Assembly (NCBI GenBank): GCA_902613795.1
Contig: CACMIP010000003.1
Coordinates: 1,110-65,109, forward strand
DNA from: an uncultured OCS116 cluster bacterium
GTDB lineage: Bacteria > Pseudomonadota > Alphaproteobacteria > Rhizobiales > TMED25
Reading direction: 5' to 3'
DNA length: 64,000 bases
Shown: piece after piece, positions 1 through 9,744 of the stretch
Position numbering within the stretch: the stretch's first letter is position 1
How the letters are laid out: each line of letters opens with the position of its first letter
Notes under the pieces: generated by a model
Seen by the model: only the letters and a program-made list of their open reading frames with translations
The model's database searches: none
Told to the model about the DNA's origin: nothing
Position numbers and translations under genes: made by a program

Positions 1-1007
1 TTGATCTCAAAGCTAACCCAAACCGCATCGCAGATGGGACAGTAATAGAGTCCTCACTTGACAAAGGTAAGGGGCCAGTAGCTACAGTGCTTGTTCAAAG
101 AGGAACACTAAATATTGGTGATATTGTTGTCTTGGGGTCAGCTTGGGGTAAAGTTCGTGCATTATCTAATGATTTGGGAACATCAATTCAAAAAGCTCAA
201 CCATCTGATCCAGTTGAAATTCTTGGTTTGAATGGTGTACCTGAAGCTGGAGATAAATTCACTGTCGTAAATAATGAAGCGAGAGCAAGAGAGATCAGCG
301 AATATAGGCAAAGGAAGTCAAAGAATTATGCTACAGGGCTAACCAATAAATTAACTCTCGAGAATATGATGGGGCAAATAAAAGAGAAAAACCTAAAGGA
401 GCTGCCTGTTCTATTAAAAGCAGATATGCAAGGATCAATAGAGGCGATCAGCACCGCTTTGAATGAGCTTGGCTCTGATGAAGTTGTAGTTAGAATAATT
501 CATTCGGCTGTTGGAGCGGTATCCGAAACTGATATAGCCCTTGCTTCTGCATCAAATGCTATATTACTCGCATTTAATGTACGTCCAAACCCAAATGCAA
601 AGCTTCAAGCCCAAACCGATGGTGTCGAAATTAGACAATATTCAATTATTTATAATCTAATTGATGAAATTAAACTGGCTTTATCTGGTCTATTGGATCC
701 AACAATTAATGAGAAAATAATTGGTAATGCTGAAGTTAAAGAAGTTTTTTATATCTCGAAAGTTGGGAAGGTAGCCGGCTGCATGGTTACTGATGGAATT
801 ATTAGAAATAAAGAAAACTTGAGACTAATTAGGGATAGTATTGTTATCCATGAGGGCAAACTCTCATCCCTCAAAAGGTTTCAAGAAGAAGTTCGTGAAG
901 TGCAAGTAAGTCAGGAGTGTGGTATTTCGTTCCAGAATTATCAAGATATAAAAGCTGGAGATATAATAGAGTGCTATGAAATTGAAACAATAGAAAGATC
1001 GCTTTAG
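1..1007 (+). CDS. infB: translation initiation factor IF-2, C-terminal part (5' end lies outside the window)
   Basis: The frame is open from the window edge (codons from nt 3: DLKANPNRIADGTVIESSLDKGKGPVATVLVQRGTL...). This is the IF-2 domain II to C-terminal region. It is followed by rbfA-truB-rpsO-pnp, as in the canonical operon. Confidence 0.95.
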   Translation, partial: DLKANPNRIADGTVIESSLDKGKGPVATVLVQRGTLNIGDIVVLGSAWGKVRALSNDLGTSIQKAQPSDPVEILGLNGVPEAGDKFTVVNNEARAREISEYRQRKSKNYATGLTNKLTLENMMGQIKEKNLKELPVLLKADMQGSIEAISTALNELGSDEVVVRIIHSAVGAVSETDIALASASNAILLAFNVRPNPNAKLQAQTDGVEIRQYSIIYNLIDEIKLALSGLLDPTINEKIIGNAEVKEVFYISKVGKVAGCMVTDGIIRNKENLRLIRDSIVIHEGKLSSLKRFQEEVREVQVSQECGISFQNYQDIKAGDIIECYEIETIERSL

Positions 1008-1010
1008 AGA

Positions 1011-1388
1011 ATGCTCAAAGGAAAAATACAAAGAGACACTTACAGTCAAAGGCAACTAAAAGTTGGAGAAATAATCAAGAAGTCACTATCTGATTTTCTA
1101 TGTAGAGATACAATACATGATGAGGATTTACAGAATGTATCTATTACGATAACTCAAGTAACAATGAGTCCCGATTTGAAACAAGCAACTGCTTATGTAA
1201 TGCCACTTGGTGGAATGGGAACTATTGATATTGTTGCAGCTCTGAATAAAAATTCAAGATATATCAGAGGTAGAATTGCTCCAAAACTATCCTTAAAATT
1301 TACTCCTTCAATTGTCTACAGAGAGGATCAAACATTTGAGTATGCCTCAAAGATAGACAGTTTACTGAATAATTTATCAAAAAATTAA
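1011..1388 (+). CDS. rbfA: ribosome-binding factor A
   Basis: 125-aa ORF 3 nt after infB. Size, position and the N-terminal QRQLKVGEIIKKSLSDFL pattern are typical of RbfA. Confidence 0.9.
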   Translation: MLKGKIQRDTYSQRQLKVGEIIKKSLSDFLCRDTIHDEDLQNVSITITQVTMSPDLKQATAYVMPLGGMGTIDIVAALNKNSRYIRGRIAPKLSLKFTPSIVYREDQTFEYASKIDSLLNNLSKN

Positions 1389-1415
1389 ATTTTCATAATA
1401 AGTTAAATTTTATTT

Positions 1416-2330
1416 ATGGTAAGATCTTACAATAATTTATACCACGGGTGGATAAACCTCTACAAAGATAGTGGTTTAACTTCAAATGATGCATTACGTC
1501 TAGTTAAATCTATTTTTAAGGGTGGTAAGCTTGGGCACGCAGGAACCCTGGATCCCATGGCCAAAGGGATTTTACCAATAGCCCTAGGTGAAGCAACAAA
1601 AACTGTCCCTTACATCCATGAAAAAAATAAAACTTACCTATTCACAGTTAAGTTTGGAGAACAGACAGATACTGACGATGCAACGGGTAAAATAATTGGT
1701 AAATCGGATAGAAAACCTGATATTGATGAAATAAAATCTGTATTGCACGATTATGTTGGGCCAATAAATCAGATACCTCCAATTTATTCTGCGAAAAAAT
1801 TTAATGGCATAAGATCCTATGAGCTCGCTCGGAAAGGGGTAGTTCCCGATACGGTTATTAAAGCGAAAACCGTTATTATAGAAAATATCAAATTGGTTAA
1901 AATGAACAATGACTTAGAATGTACAATAGAAGTAACCTGTGGAACAGGTACATATGTTCGCTCAATTTCCAAACATATAGGAGTTAAATTGAATTTATGC
2001 TGCCATGTAAGTAGGATTGAAAGAACGAGATATGGACCATTCAATTTAAAAAATATTTTATCTATTGATAGACTTATGCAATTAAACCATGATATAGATA
2101 ATCTGAATATGATTGTAAACCCAATTGAAGCTGTGCTGGACGACATCCTGGCAGTTCAAATTGATAATCATGATGCTAACAGGTTAAGAAATGGTTCAAC
2201 AATTGCCTTTGATGATAGTGGCAATGAACCAGAACTTGGTAGAGTAGTAGCAAAATCTGCAGACAAATTAATTGCTATTTGTAGCCTAAAAGATAAGCAA
2301 TTACAGCCAATTCGAGTGTTTAACCTGTAG
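1416..2330 (+). CDS. truB: tRNA pseudouridine(55) synthase
   Basis: Catalytic motif HAGTLDPMAKGILPI is present. Lies in the conserved rbfA-truB-rpsO position. Confidence 0.93.
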   Translation: MVRSYNNLYHGWINLYKDSGLTSNDALRLVKSIFKGGKLGHAGTLDPMAKGILPIALGEATKTVPYIHEKNKTYLFTVKFGEQTDTDDATGKIIGKSDRKPDIDEIKSVLHDYVGPINQIPPIYSAKKFNGIRSYELARKGVVPDTVIKAKTVIIENIKLVKMNNDLECTIEVTCGTGTYVRSISKHIGVKLNLCCHVSRIERTRYGPFNLKNILSIDRLMQLNHDIDNLNMIVNPIEAVLDDILAVQIDNHDANRLRNGSTIAFDDSGNEPELGRVVAKSADKLIAICSLKDKQLQPIRVFNL

Positions 2331-2358
2331 ATGTTAAAATATAAATTCGAAGGAGATT

Positions 2359-2631
2359 ATGATGTCGATAACTAAAGATGTAAAAACAAATATAATAAAA
2401 GAATACTCAAGAAATAAAACGGATACAGGATCGCCTGAAGTTCAAATAGCAATACTAACTGAACGAATTGTGAACCTCACAGAACACTTTAAGACTCACA
2501 AAAAAGATAACCATTCACGAACAGGTTTACTCAAACTTGTAAGCCAAAGACGAAAGCAGTTGGATTATCTAAAACTTAAAGATGAAGATAAATATAAGGA
2601 CGTAATAAAGAAACTAGGAATAAGAAGATAA
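2359..2631 (+). CDS. rpsO: 30S ribosomal protein S15
   Basis: About 89 aa with [48 protein letters not shown]. The start may be the second ATG at 2362. Confidence 0.95.
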   Translation: MMSITKDVKTNIIKEYSRNKTDTGSPEVQIAILTERIVNLTEHFKTHKKDNHSRTGLLKLVSQRRKQLDYLKLKDEDKYKDVIKKLGIRR

Positions 2632-2647
2632 TTAAGATTGGATAGTA

Positions 2648-4813
2648 ATGTTTAATATACACAGTGAAGAAATAAGTTGGGGTGGCAGAACCCTGAAAAT
2701 TGAAACAGGAAAAATTGCGAGGCAAGCAGACGGCGCGGTCATTGTTACATATGGCGGAACCTCAGTAATTGCAACAGTATGCGCGGAAAAAAAACCCAAA
2801 GCCGGAATTGATTTTTTTCCTTTAACGGTAAATTACCAAGAGAAATCCTACGCATCTGGTAAGATCCCAGGCGGCTACTTTAAGCGTGAAGGAAGGCCTA
2901 CGGAGAGAGAGACTTTAATATCAAGGCTCATAGACAGACCCATAAGACCACTTTTCGTCAAAGAGTTTAAAAATGAAACACAAGTCATAGCAACTGTCTT
3001 GACTTATGATCATGAAAATGACCCAGATATAGTGGCCATGATTGCTTGCTCAGCCGCTTTGACAATTTCAGGCATACCCTTTAAAGGGCCTATTGGAGCA
3101 GCAAAAATTGGATTGATTGAGAATGAAATGATTTTAAACCCGAAAGTAGAAGATATTGAAAATTCTCAACTTGAACTTGTTGTAGCAGGTACAAAGAATG
3201 CAATCTTGATGATTGAGTCAGAGGCATCCGAGTTAACTGAGAAAATGATGCTTGAGGCTGTAATGTTTGCTCATGAATCCATGCAAGAAGTAATTGAAAT
3301 GATAATAAATCTTGCAAGGACATGTGCTAAAGACCCAATGATTATTGAAGAAAAGGATAATGCTGATATTACAAGCTTTATAGATGGTGAGGTGAGATCA
3401 CAGCTTGAGAAAGCTTTTCAAATTACAGACAAGCAGGAACGCTATAATCAAGTTGGAATTATCAAAGATGCGATGATTGAAAAGCTCAACGAGAAATTTG
3501 ATGATAATTATGACGAAATTGAAGCGTCGGGAATATTCAAAGATATTGAGAGTAACATTGTTAGAAGCTCAATTCTGAAAGAATCAAAAAGGATAGATGG
3601 AAGAGGATTATCTGATATTCGCCCAATTTCCGTTGAAGTAGGTCTACTTCCACAAACACACGGCTCTTCTCTATTCACTAGAGGTGAGACTCAGGCGATA
3701 GTTGTGACAACACTTGGAACTGCCGAGGATGAACAATATATTGACTCCTTAGATGGAACAAAAAAACAAAACTTCATGCTTCACTACAACTTTCCTCCAT
3801 TCTCAGTTGGCGAGGTTGGTAGAATTGGAGCAACCGGTAGAAGGGAAATTGGTCATGGAAAATTAGCGTGGCGTGCCGTAAATCCATTACTCCCAAGTAA
3901 AGAAGATTTCCCATATACAATTAGAGTGGTGTCCGAAATAACAGAGTCAAATGGTTCATCATCAATGGCGACCGTGTGCGGAACATCATTAGCTCTTATG
4001 GATGCGGGTGTCCCAATTCGTGAGCCAATTGCAGGAATTGCAATGGGTCTAATTCTTGAAGGAAAGGACTATGCTGTACTTTCTGATATTATTGGGGATG
4101 AAGATCATCTTGGTGATATGGACTTTAAGGTTGCAGGTACAAGTAAAGGGATTACAACACTTCAAATGGATATTAAAATTGCAGGAATAACCAAAGAGAT
4201 TATGAAAAAAGCCCTAGATCAGGCCAAAGCTGGTAGAAAACATATTCTATCAGAGATGGAAAAAGCAATAAAGGCATCAAGAGACGATGTTGCCGATACT
4301 GCTCCAAGAATTGTAACTATGAATATCCCAACTGATAAAATAAAAGATGTGATTGGCTCAGGAGGGAAGGTAATAAAAGAGATGGTAGAGCAAACCGGTG
4401 CAAAAATAAGTGTTGAAGATTCAGGAACCATAACAATAGCATCTTCTGATAAGGACGCAATCGAATCTGCAAAAGTTAGAATACATCAAATCGTTGATGA
4501 ACCAGAGGTTGGAGAGATATATAAAGGTAAAATTGTAAAAGTTGTAGATTTTGGTGCTTTCGTGAACTTCTTTGGTCCCAGAGATGGCTTAGTCCATATA
4601 TCCCAATTGAGCAATGAGCGGACCTCGCAAGTCACAGATGTGGTAAATGAAAATGATGACGTGTATGTAAAATTGATCGGTTTTGATGATAGAGGAAAAT
4701 CAAAATTATCAATGAAAGGTATAAATCAAGAAAGTGGCCTTGAAGAGAGCGGGGCAAGTGAGTCAAACGGTAAGCCTGAAAAAAATAAACAAAGACGAAA
4801 AAAGAAAGACTAA
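2648..4813 (+). CDS. pnp: polyribonucleotide nucleotidyltransferase (PNPase)
   Basis: 721 aa with two RNase PH-like halves, a KH region and an S1 domain ([20 protein letters not shown]). Lies immediately after rpsO. Confidence 0.96.
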   Translation: MFNIHSEEISWGGRTLKIETGKIARQADGAVIVTYGGTSVIATVCAEKKPKAGIDFFPLTVNYQEKSYASGKIPGGYFKREGRPTERETLISRLIDRPIRPLFVKEFKNETQVIATVLTYDHENDPDIVAMIACSAALTISGIPFKGPIGAAKIGLIENEMILNPKVEDIENSQLELVVAGTKNAILMIESEASELTEKMMLEAVMFAHESMQEVIEMIINLARTCAKDPMIIEEKDNADITSFIDGEVRSQLEKAFQITDKQERYNQVGIIKDAMIEKLNEKFDDNYDEIEASGIFKDIESNIVRSSILKESKRIDGRGLSDIRPISVEVGLLPQTHGSSLFTRGETQAIVVTTLGTAEDEQYIDSLDGTKKQNFMLHYNFPPFSVGEVGRIGATGRREIGHGKLAWRAVNPLLPSKEDFPYTIRVVSEITESNGSSSMATVCGTSLALMDAGVPIREPIAGIAMGLILEGKDYAVLSDIIGDEDHLGDMDFKVAGTSKGITTLQMDIKIAGITKEIMKKALDQAKAGRKHILSEMEKAIKASRDDVADTAPRIVTMNIPTDKIKDVIGSGGKVIKEMVEQTGAKISVEDSGTITIASSDKDAIESAKVRIHQIVDEPEVGEIYKGKIVKVVDFGAFVNFFGPRDGLVHISQLSNERTSQVTDVVNENDDVYVKLIGFDDRGKSKLSMKGINQESGLEESGASESNGKPEKNKQRRKKKD

Positions 4814-4858
4814 AAATATCTTTATCTTTTAGACTCAGTCTTGATTGTTATAGATTGT

Positions 4859-5677
4859 TTAATCTTGCAACATTTCAGGTCTTGGTGTTGAGATTATATT
4901 GTAGCCTGAATCAACATAATGCACCTCACCCGTAACTCCCGCGGATAAGTCAGATAATAAATAAATCGCAGATCCTCCAATGTCTGACAATGTAACTGTC
5001 TTTTGCAATGGTGAATGTGTTTTCTGAAAGTTAAACATTGCTCGCGCATCAGCAATACCACCTCCCGCTAGTGTTCTCATTGGTCCCGCTGATATTGCAT
5101 TTACTCTAATACCTCTGGCTCCAAAATCCGCAGCTAAATACCTAACCGAGGACTCAAGCCCTGCTTTTGCTATACCCATAACATTATAATTTGGCATTAC
5201 CCTATTTGCCCCATCAAATGTAAGAGTAATAATTGAGCCAGCATTATTCATAATTTTTTGGGCTTCTTTAACAACTTCTGTAAAAGAAAAACATGATATA
5301 AGCATTGTTTGAATAAAATTTTCTTTTGTTGTGTTGTAGTATGGCCCTTTTAGCTCATTTTTATCTGAGAATGCAATTGCATGTACAAGAAAGTCAATAC
5401 TATCCCATTTATTTTGAATTGAATTGAAAAATATTTCAATGTCCTCACTTGACTCGACATCGCAAGGATAAATCAAATCAGAACCTAACATTTTTGCGAG
5501 TGGTTCAACCCTTTTTTTTAAAGTCTCAGACTGATAAGAAAACGCAAGCTCCGCTCCAGCTGCTGATAATGACTGGGCAATACCCCATGCTATTGAATGA
5601 TCATTTGCAACACCCATAATCACTCCTTTTTTGCCATTCATGAGGGATAAATCTATATTATTGGGATCTGACATCAT
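4859..5677 (-). CDS. fabI: enoyl-[acyl-carrier-protein] reductase (NADH), FabI type
   Basis: 272-aa SDR with GVANDHSIAWGIA and the NYNVMGIAKAGLES (Y-x6-K) region. Its start shares one base with the fabB stop (TAATG). Confidence 0.92.
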   Translation of the reverse strand: MMSDPNNIDLSLMNGKKGVIMGVANDHSIAWGIAQSLSAAGAELAFSYQSETLKKRVEPLAKMLGSDLIYPCDVESSEDIEIFFNSIQNKWDSIDFLVHAIAFSDKNELKGPYYNTTKENFIQTMLISCFSFTEVVKEAQKIMNNAGSIITLTFDGANRVMPNYNVMGIAKAGLESSVRYLAADFGARGIRVNAISAGPMRTLAGGGIADARAMFNFQKTHSPLQKTVTLSDIGGSAIYLLSDLSAGVTGEVHYVDSGYNIISTPRPEMLQD

Positions 5678-6888
5678 TATATCTTCCTAAAAACAAGGCA
5701 AGCATTTGTGCCACCGAAACCGAATGCATTAGACATTGCTGTATTAACTTCAATACCATCTTTGCGTTCGAGCGCTATAGGCAAGTCATTAAAATTTGGA
5801 TCTAATTCATCTATATTACACGATTTTGTAATGAAGTTATTCTGCATCATAATCAATGAGAATATCGCCTCATGCGCACCTGCAGCACCCAGAGAGTGCC
5901 CACTAAGTGACTTTGTTGCTGATATTGTTGGAACTTTATCACCAAAAACATTACGAATCGCATTCGCTTCAATTATATCACCTTGTGGTGTTGAAGTTGC
6001 ATGAGGGTTTATATAATCAATTTCTGACTCTAAACCTGCTGCCGCAAGTCGCATAGCTCTCTCCGCTCCTTCACCGGATAATAGTACCATATCATTACCA
6101 TCAGATGTTGATCCATAACCAATAATCTCAGCATATATTTTTGCTCCCCTTGAGATTGCGTGATTATATTCTTCTAATATTAATATCCCTGCACCGCCTG
6201 CAATCACAAAGCCGTCCCTATTCAAATCATATGCTCTACTAGCTTTTGTTGGATCATCATTAAAATTCGATGACATAGCCCCCATGCCGTCGAATAATAC
6301 AGACAAAGACCAATCCAATTCCTCTCCACCGCCTGCTATCATTATATCTTGACTGCCCCATTTAATTAGCTCGTAGGAACTACCAATACAGTTATTTGAA
6401 GTTGCGCATGCCGATGATATCGAATAATTAACTCCCTTGATACCAAGATATGTTGATAATGTTGCAGAAGCCATGGAGCACATTGCCTTTGGGACAACAA
6501 AAGGTCCAACATGCTTTGCGCCTCTATCTCTTGTTTGGTCGGCGGCCTTGACGATAGCACGTGTGGATGGACCACCAGTCCCAACAATTAGACCTGTTCT
6601 TTCATTAGATACATCGCTCTCGTCCAGCTCTGCGTCCGAAATTGCTTGCTCAGCGGCGATGTATGCCCATGCGGAACCGTCTGCAAGAAACCTCAATTTT
6701 TTTCTGTCAATATTTTCCTCTAAATCAATGTTTGGGCTTCCATAGACTTGTGACTTAAACCCCAGATTATCATACCCAATAGCTTTTGAAATACCAGGGG
6801 TACAATCAAACAATGATTTTTTAACTTCGTCAGTATTGCTCCCAATACTTGATACAATACCAATTCCTGTAATAACAACTCTACGCAT
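5677..6888 (-). CDS. fabB: 3-oxoacyl-ACP synthase I (KAS I)
   Basis: Thiolase-fold condensing enzyme with the active-site Cys context SSACATS and the C-terminal NAFGFGGTNACLVF. I moved the start to the internal ATG at 6886-6888 (MRRVVITGIGIVSS), because the longer tracked ORF runs into fabA. Its position after fabA supports FabB rather than FabF. Confidence 0.88.
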   Translation of the reverse strand: MRRVVITGIGIVSSIGSNTDEVKKSLFDCTPGISKAIGYDNLGFKSQVYGSPNIDLEENIDRKKLRFLADGSAWAYIAAEQAISDAELDESDVSNERTGLIVGTGGPSTRAIVKAADQTRDRGAKHVGPFVVPKAMCSMASATLSTYLGIKGVNYSISSACATSNNCIGSSYELIKWGSQDIMIAGGGEELDWSLSVLFDGMGAMSSNFNDDPTKASRAYDLNRDGFVIAGGAGILILEEYNHAISRGAKIYAEIIGYGSTSDGNDMVLLSGEGAERAMRLAAAGLESEIDYINPHATSTPQGDIIEANAIRNVFGDKVPTISATKSLSGHSLGAAGAHEAIFSLIMMQNNFITKSCNIDELDPNFNDLPIALERKDGIEVNTAMSNAFGFGGTNACLVFRKI

Positions 6889-6901
6889 AGACTCCTCAAA
6901 A

Positions 6902-7408
6902 CTATTCAAATAAACCAACTTTAAGATTTTCTGCAGAATAAACTTTCTCTCCATCGGCATAAAGGTCACCATCAGCAACACCTAACGTGAGATTTCTTGT
7001 AATTAGTTTTTTAATATTTACGATATATTCAAGTCTTTCAATTTTTGGAGTAATCATTCCAAAGAATTTTACCTCCCCAACGCCAAGCGCCCTTCCTTTT
7101 CCTGGTTGACCGAGCCAGCCCAGATAAAATCCAAGCAATTGCCATAGCGCATCAAGGCCCAAGCATCCAGGCATGACTGGGTCACCTCTGAAATGACAGT
7201 CAAAAAACCAGTTATCCTTTGATATACTCATTTCAGCAATTACTTGGCCCTTAGAGTGCAAGCCACCCTCTGTGTCAATTTTTGATATCTTATTAAACAT
7301 TAGCATAGGGGGCATAGGCAGTTGGGCATTACCAGCACCAAATAACTTACCTTCCGCACATGCTATAAGGTCTTCATATGTAAAGGCATCTTTATCAAAG
7401 TTTGACAT
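6902..7408 (-). CDS. fabA: 3-hydroxydecanoyl-ACP dehydratase/isomerase
   Basis: 168-aa hot-dog fold with FFDCHFRGDPVMPGCLGLDALWQL. First gene of a fabA-fabB-fabI cluster. Confidence 0.93.
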   Translation of the reverse strand: MSNFDKDAFTYEDLIACAEGKLFGAGNAQLPMPPMLMFNKISKIDTEGGLHSKGQVIAEMSISKDNWFFDCHFRGDPVMPGCLGLDALWQLLGFYLGWLGQPGKGRALGVGEVKFFGMITPKIERLEYIVNIKKLITRNLTLGVADGDLYADGEKVYSAENLKVGLFE

Positions 7409-7497
7409 ATACTCTATTCAATAATTTACATTTATTTAAATTTATATTAAATTTAGGATAACAAAAGTAACCCTAATATATATCAAGATTAGTTATT

Positions 7498-7932
7498 ATG
7501 CAAAACTTAACAAAAGATACAGAAATGCACGTGAATAAAGTTTGTATCATGGGCATGCTGCGAAAAGCCGAAATAAAAATAACTAGACAACGCGTGTATC
7601 TAGCGGGAATATTATTTAATCTACCACAAGGACATTTCACTGCTGAAGAATTGCATGATGAGACAAAACAGGGTGATCTTAAAGTGTCTCTTGCAACTGT
7701 TTACAATACACTCAATCACTTTTCGCAAAATGGACTAATCAAAACTCTTCAAGTAGATAACCAAAAAACATTTTTTGATAGAAACACGGCTCATCATTAT
7801 CATATCAAATCCCAAAATAAAATTGAGGATATAGCTGCGAAAGATGTGAAGATAGCGCTATCACCCTCGAAAATTCCCCCTGGGAAAAGGATAAAATCCA
7901 TAGATTTAATTATCAACCTATGTGATGAATGA
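7498..7932 (+). CDS. irr: Fur-family transcriptional regulator, Irr-like
   Basis: Fur-family winged helix (ITRQRVYLAGILF...HFTAEELHDE...SLATVYNTLNHF). It has a His-rich FDRNTAHHYH motif and no C-terminal CxxC pairs. Divergent placement next to fabA is the arrangement I recall for irr in alphaproteobacteria. The start codon is uncertain (alternative Met at codons 10, 18 and 20). Confidence 0.6.
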   Translation: MQNLTKDTEMHVNKVCIMGMLRKAEIKITRQRVYLAGILFNLPQGHFTAEELHDETKQGDLKVSLATVYNTLNHFSQNGLIKTLQVDNQKTFFDRNTAHHYHIKSQNKIEDIAAKDVKIALSPSKIPPGKRIKSIDLIINLCDE

Positions 7933-7940
7933 GATTAAGA

Positions 7941-8522
7941 TTACTCCGTTAATACTAGCACCTCGTCGATATAAACACCAAAAATGAGGTCCTGATCTAT
8001 CCAGCCCTCTTTATCTTGTATTTTTATGAGGCATTGTTTACCGTCACAGCTAAGAATACTCACAAGAACACCGGACTCGAGCTTTATATTTATTTCTTTT
8101 TTATCGGAATGTTTATATAAATTCTCAAAATTTGGATTATTTTCTCTAATCTTCCACGGTGAGATAATACCAGTTCTATTTGTCGTAATTAACGTATTTT
8201 TTATCCATCCTGATTTAGCTTGATAATCTCTAATTTTGCTCCACCCCTGTGTGTCTTCCAGTATTTCAATTGGAAGACTTTTTTTGTGATACGTCCAGAG
8301 AATATTATGTTCTAAAGACGGACCAATTCTTACATTAGTCTTACCAGATCTTAAGCTTTTAAATTTATAATTGCTATCATGGGTCGTGTAAGCTGAACTG
8401 TCTACAACTGTTTCCTCAAATTCTTGAAAGGCACTCTTAAAAACTTCGTACGATACAAATGCTAGAAATATAGCGATTAAAATAAAAATAAGAAACCTTC
8501 TTGAGAGTAATTTTACGATCAT
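7941..8522 (-). CDS. membrane-anchored bacterial SH3-domain protein (COG3807-like)
   Basis: N-terminal TM segment (FLIFILIAIFLAFVSY) followed by two SH3b-like segments (NVRIGPSLEHNILWTYHKKSLPIEILEDTQGWSKIRD and a second ...CDGKQCLIKIQDKEGWIDQDLIFG). Confidence 0.55.
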   Translation of the reverse strand: MIVKLLSRRFLIFILIAIFLAFVSYEVFKSAFQEFEETVVDSSAYTTHDSNYKFKSLRSGKTNVRIGPSLEHNILWTYHKKSLPIEILEDTQGWSKIRDYQAKSGWIKNTLITTNRTGIISPWKIRENNPNFENLYKHSDKKEINIKLESGVLVSILSCDGKQCLIKIQDKEGWIDQDLIFGVYIDEVLVLTE

Positions 8523-8523
8523 A

Positions 8524-9276
8524 TTATTTGTATTTTATAGTTTCAAATTTCAAATTAAGCAAATCAACCATAAGTAGTTTACCAACTAAGACTTCATCAA
8601 TATTTAGTATTAGTTTTAAGCACTCCGATGCCATAATTGTTCCAATTAAAGTTGTAGTTACCGATAAAACTCCAATATCTGAGCAATCATCCCTGATATT
8701 CGAAATATTTTCCTCGTCAAATAAGTTTCTTATTTTAGGATTTTTTATTTTTGATGTTGAAGGAAGAATAGTTGTTACCTGGCCCTCATAAGCTCTCACT
8801 GTTCCCAAAATATATGGCTTGTTGTATTTCTGACAAGCATCAGCAACCTTGAATCTTGTTTTAAAATTATCGGTGCAATCGATGACAACATCGTACTTTC
8901 TAATAATCTCTATAATTTCCGGTGTTCCTGCGTCAGTTGAATAATCATAGATTACTGAATTTGGATTTAGTCTATCAATAAAAATTTTTGCACTCTCAGT
9001 TTTATTCAAACCAATTGTATTTACACTGTGAATAAATTGCCTTTGTAAATTCGATAAATCAACTTTATCATTGTCAACAAGCCCTATCTTCCCAATACCT
9101 GAACTGGATAGATGGGTAACAACAGGCGACCCGAGACCACCTAAACCAATCACAAGAACCTTTGATAATTTGAGCTTCTTTTGACCAACACCACCAATGT
9201 TTTTTATGAGAATTTGTTTTGAGTACCGCTCTAATTCTTGGCCACTCATTTGCGTATGATCAATATTGCCTAGCAT
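8524..9276 (-). CDS. MoeB/ThiF/HesA-family E1-like adenylyltransferase (zinc-site cysteines absent)
   Basis: Contains RYSKQILIKNIGGVGQKKL, the Rossmann motif VIGLGGLGSPV, and DNDKVDLSNLQRQ. I set the start to the Met at 9274-9276 so the gene no longer overlaps dut. The Met at 9249 is also possible. Confidence 0.75.
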   Translation of the reverse strand: MLGNIDHTQMSGQELERYSKQILIKNIGGVGQKKLKLSKVLVIGLGGLGSPVVTHLSSSGIGKIGLVDNDKVDLSNLQRQFIHSVNTIGLNKTESAKIFIDRLNPNSVIYDYSTDAGTPEIIEIIRKYDVVIDCTDNFKTRFKVADACQKYNKPYILGTVRAYEGQVTTILPSTSKIKNPKIRNLFDEENISNIRDDCSDIGVLSVTTTLIGTIMASECLKLILNIDEVLVGKLLMVDLLNLKFETIKYK

Positions 9277-9277
9277 T

Positions 9278-9739
9278 TCAAATCCCTGTAGAGCCAAAAC
9301 CACCACTGCCACGAATTGTTTTGGTTATGAATTCACTTTTCTCTAAATTCACACGCTCAACCCTTGTAATTACCATTTGTGCAATTCTATCTCCTGGTTT
9401 GACTGTGAATGTTTCCTGACCATGGTTTATTAACAGGATTTTAATCTCACCTCGATAATCACTGTCAATAGTGCCTGGTGAATTTAATATTGTTACACCA
9501 TTTTTGAATGCGATGCTAGATCGTGGCCTAATTTGTGCCTCAAGACCGTCTGAAAGCTCGATTGCTATTCCCGTTGGAATCAAATTCCACTCACCTGGCT
9601 TAATTTCAATTCCATTGTTATCTAAGTCTGGGCTCGCGGCTAGATCAAGACCGGATGCACCTATTGTCTGATATTTGGGAAATTCTTCACAGCCGGACTT
9701 TGAAACATCCAAAAAGTTAATCTCAATCTTTTTTTCCAT
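9278..9739 (-). CDS. dut: dUTP diphosphatase
   Basis: dUTPase motifs GASGLDLAA, PGTIDSDYRGEIKILL and RGSGGFGSTG. Confidence 0.95.
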   Translation of the reverse strand: MEKKIEINFLDVSKSGCEEFPKYQTIGASGLDLAASPDLDNNGIEIKPGEWNLIPTGIAIELSDGLEAQIRPRSSIAFKNGVTILNSPGTIDSDYRGEIKILLINHGQETFTVKPGDRIAQMVITRVERVNLEKSEFITKTIRGSGGFGSTGI

Positions 9740-9744
9740 AATAA

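Noticed and set aside
4814-4858. Possible terminator hairpin between the convergent pnp and fabI genes
   Set aside because: Only a 6-bp all-A/T-rich stem (CTAAAA/TTTTAG) with an 11-nt loop, and an AGACT-C-AGTCT palindrome with a 1-nt centre. Neither is a credible intrinsic terminator.
5677-6981. Long N-terminal extensions in the tracked ORFs for fabB (to 6981), ubiB (to 12554), the DUF2628-like gene (to 28451), hisA (to 27255), dnaA (from 16083) and porin 2 (from 53106)
   Set aside because: The extensions overlap the preceding gene or add non-homologous residues ahead of canonical N-termini (MRRVVITG, MRYFTHLF, MALFEIY, MILFPAID, MDTTVNN, MDKKILLGG). Internal starts were used instead.
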